This document shows, piece by piece, positions 26,220 to 26,553 of a stretch of 26,553 nucleotides of DNA (position 1 is the first letter of the stretch; every line of letters starts with the position of its first letter). The position numbers and the translations under genes are program-made. The notes beneath the pieces are model-generated. The model made no database searches. It had not been told where the DNA came from and worked only from the letters and a program-made list of their open reading frames with translations. Source of the stretch: Gemmatimonadota bacterium (GTDB lineage: Bacteria > Gemmatimonadota > Gemmatimonadetes > Gemmatimonadales > GWC2-71-9); the NCBI GenBank assembly GCA_003221005.1, contig QHTZ01000053.1, positions 1-26,553 of the forward strand. The letters are read 5' to 3'.

Positions 26220-26354
26220 GGCGTCTAACCTCCCGCGTGGAACGGATCTATTTCTAAACGTGGTTGCAACCCTACGGCGTTTCAAGGCCACGTGGTCCAA
26301 CGCGGCCAAGCGCCCCGTGGCGGCTGAAGCGGAAGGCGTTGCGAAAGACAGAAT

Positions 26355-26394
26355 CGGTCCTGGTGGGCTCGAACCACGATTCCTTGGATCCAAA
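26355..26394 (-). pseudogene. Degenerate tRNA 3' half (tRNA-Gln-like), probable att-site remnant
   Basis: Minus strand TTTGGATCC-AAGG-AATC-GTGG TTCGAGC CCAC-CAGGACCG contains a TTG anticodon-loop-like start and a T-arm with GGTTCGA. No D-arm or 5' acceptor strand upstream. Confidence 0.6.
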
Positions 26395-26414
26395 CGTTGG
26401 CCGCCAAAATGCGC

Positions 26415-26493
26415 GCTCTACACACAACGCCTATACCAGCTCTACGCACAACCCCCATACTATGACGGGATCGGTACCGGGTTTCACCACGGG
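26415..26493. repeat. 22-bp direct repeat pair and a 12-bp-period CGGG triplet
   Basis: GCTCTACACACAACGCCTATAC (26415-26436) vs GCTCTACGCACAACCCCCATAC (26439-26460), 19/22 identical. CGGG at 26466, 26478 and 26490. Confidence 0.7.
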
Positions 26494-26553
26494 ACGGTAG
26501 GATGCTGCCGCGATTCCTTAGTCAGAAACCTGCCGCACCGGGTCATTGCGCTG

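Larger units (their letters stand above)
25722..26316 (-). repeat. Lipoprotein unit 2; direct repeat of ~24948-25548
   Basis: Same promoter, RBS, CDS and terminator layout as unit 1. Confidence 0.9.

Noticed and set aside
26415-26460. 22-bp repeats as a CRISPR array
   Set aside because: Only two copies, separated by 2 nt; no spacers or cas genes.

Overview
This is a high-GC (about 70% by eye) bacterial chromosome segment. Gene content and style suggest Gemmatimonadota, which is an inference. About 24 kb is a mostly minus-strand housekeeping and envelope backbone. In reading order it runs: gldA-like ABC ATPase, GldF/GldG fusion, DUF4340, prs, rplY, pth, ychF, then a 3-gene plus-strand insert (plug-like exported protein, ThiS/MoaD ubiquitin-like protein, Asp-box beta-propeller), then rpsF, rpsR, DUF2232-like, rplI, rsfS, a frameshifted peptidase/PD40/Omp85 gene, two SPOR proteins, smc, an MBL hydrolase, aroF and lolA (partial). 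The last ~2.7 kb is a rearranged accessory patch. It holds a decayed duplicate of the ABC-ATPase 5' end and its upstream DNA flanking a cupredoxin lipoprotein, and two tandem promoter-gene-terminator units. These units encode lipoproteins with 110/117 identical residues that differ completely in a C-terminal Cys-bounded loop. At the far end is a degenerate tRNA-Gln-like 3' half followed by periodic direct repeats, resembling the attachment junction of an integrative element. The best candidates for an undescribed system are the variable-loop lipoprotein array, the E1-less Ubl plus His-rich propeller pair, and a pseudo-P-loop/TM/SPOR protein coupled to smc. All family assignments come from motif recognition by eye; no searches were run.
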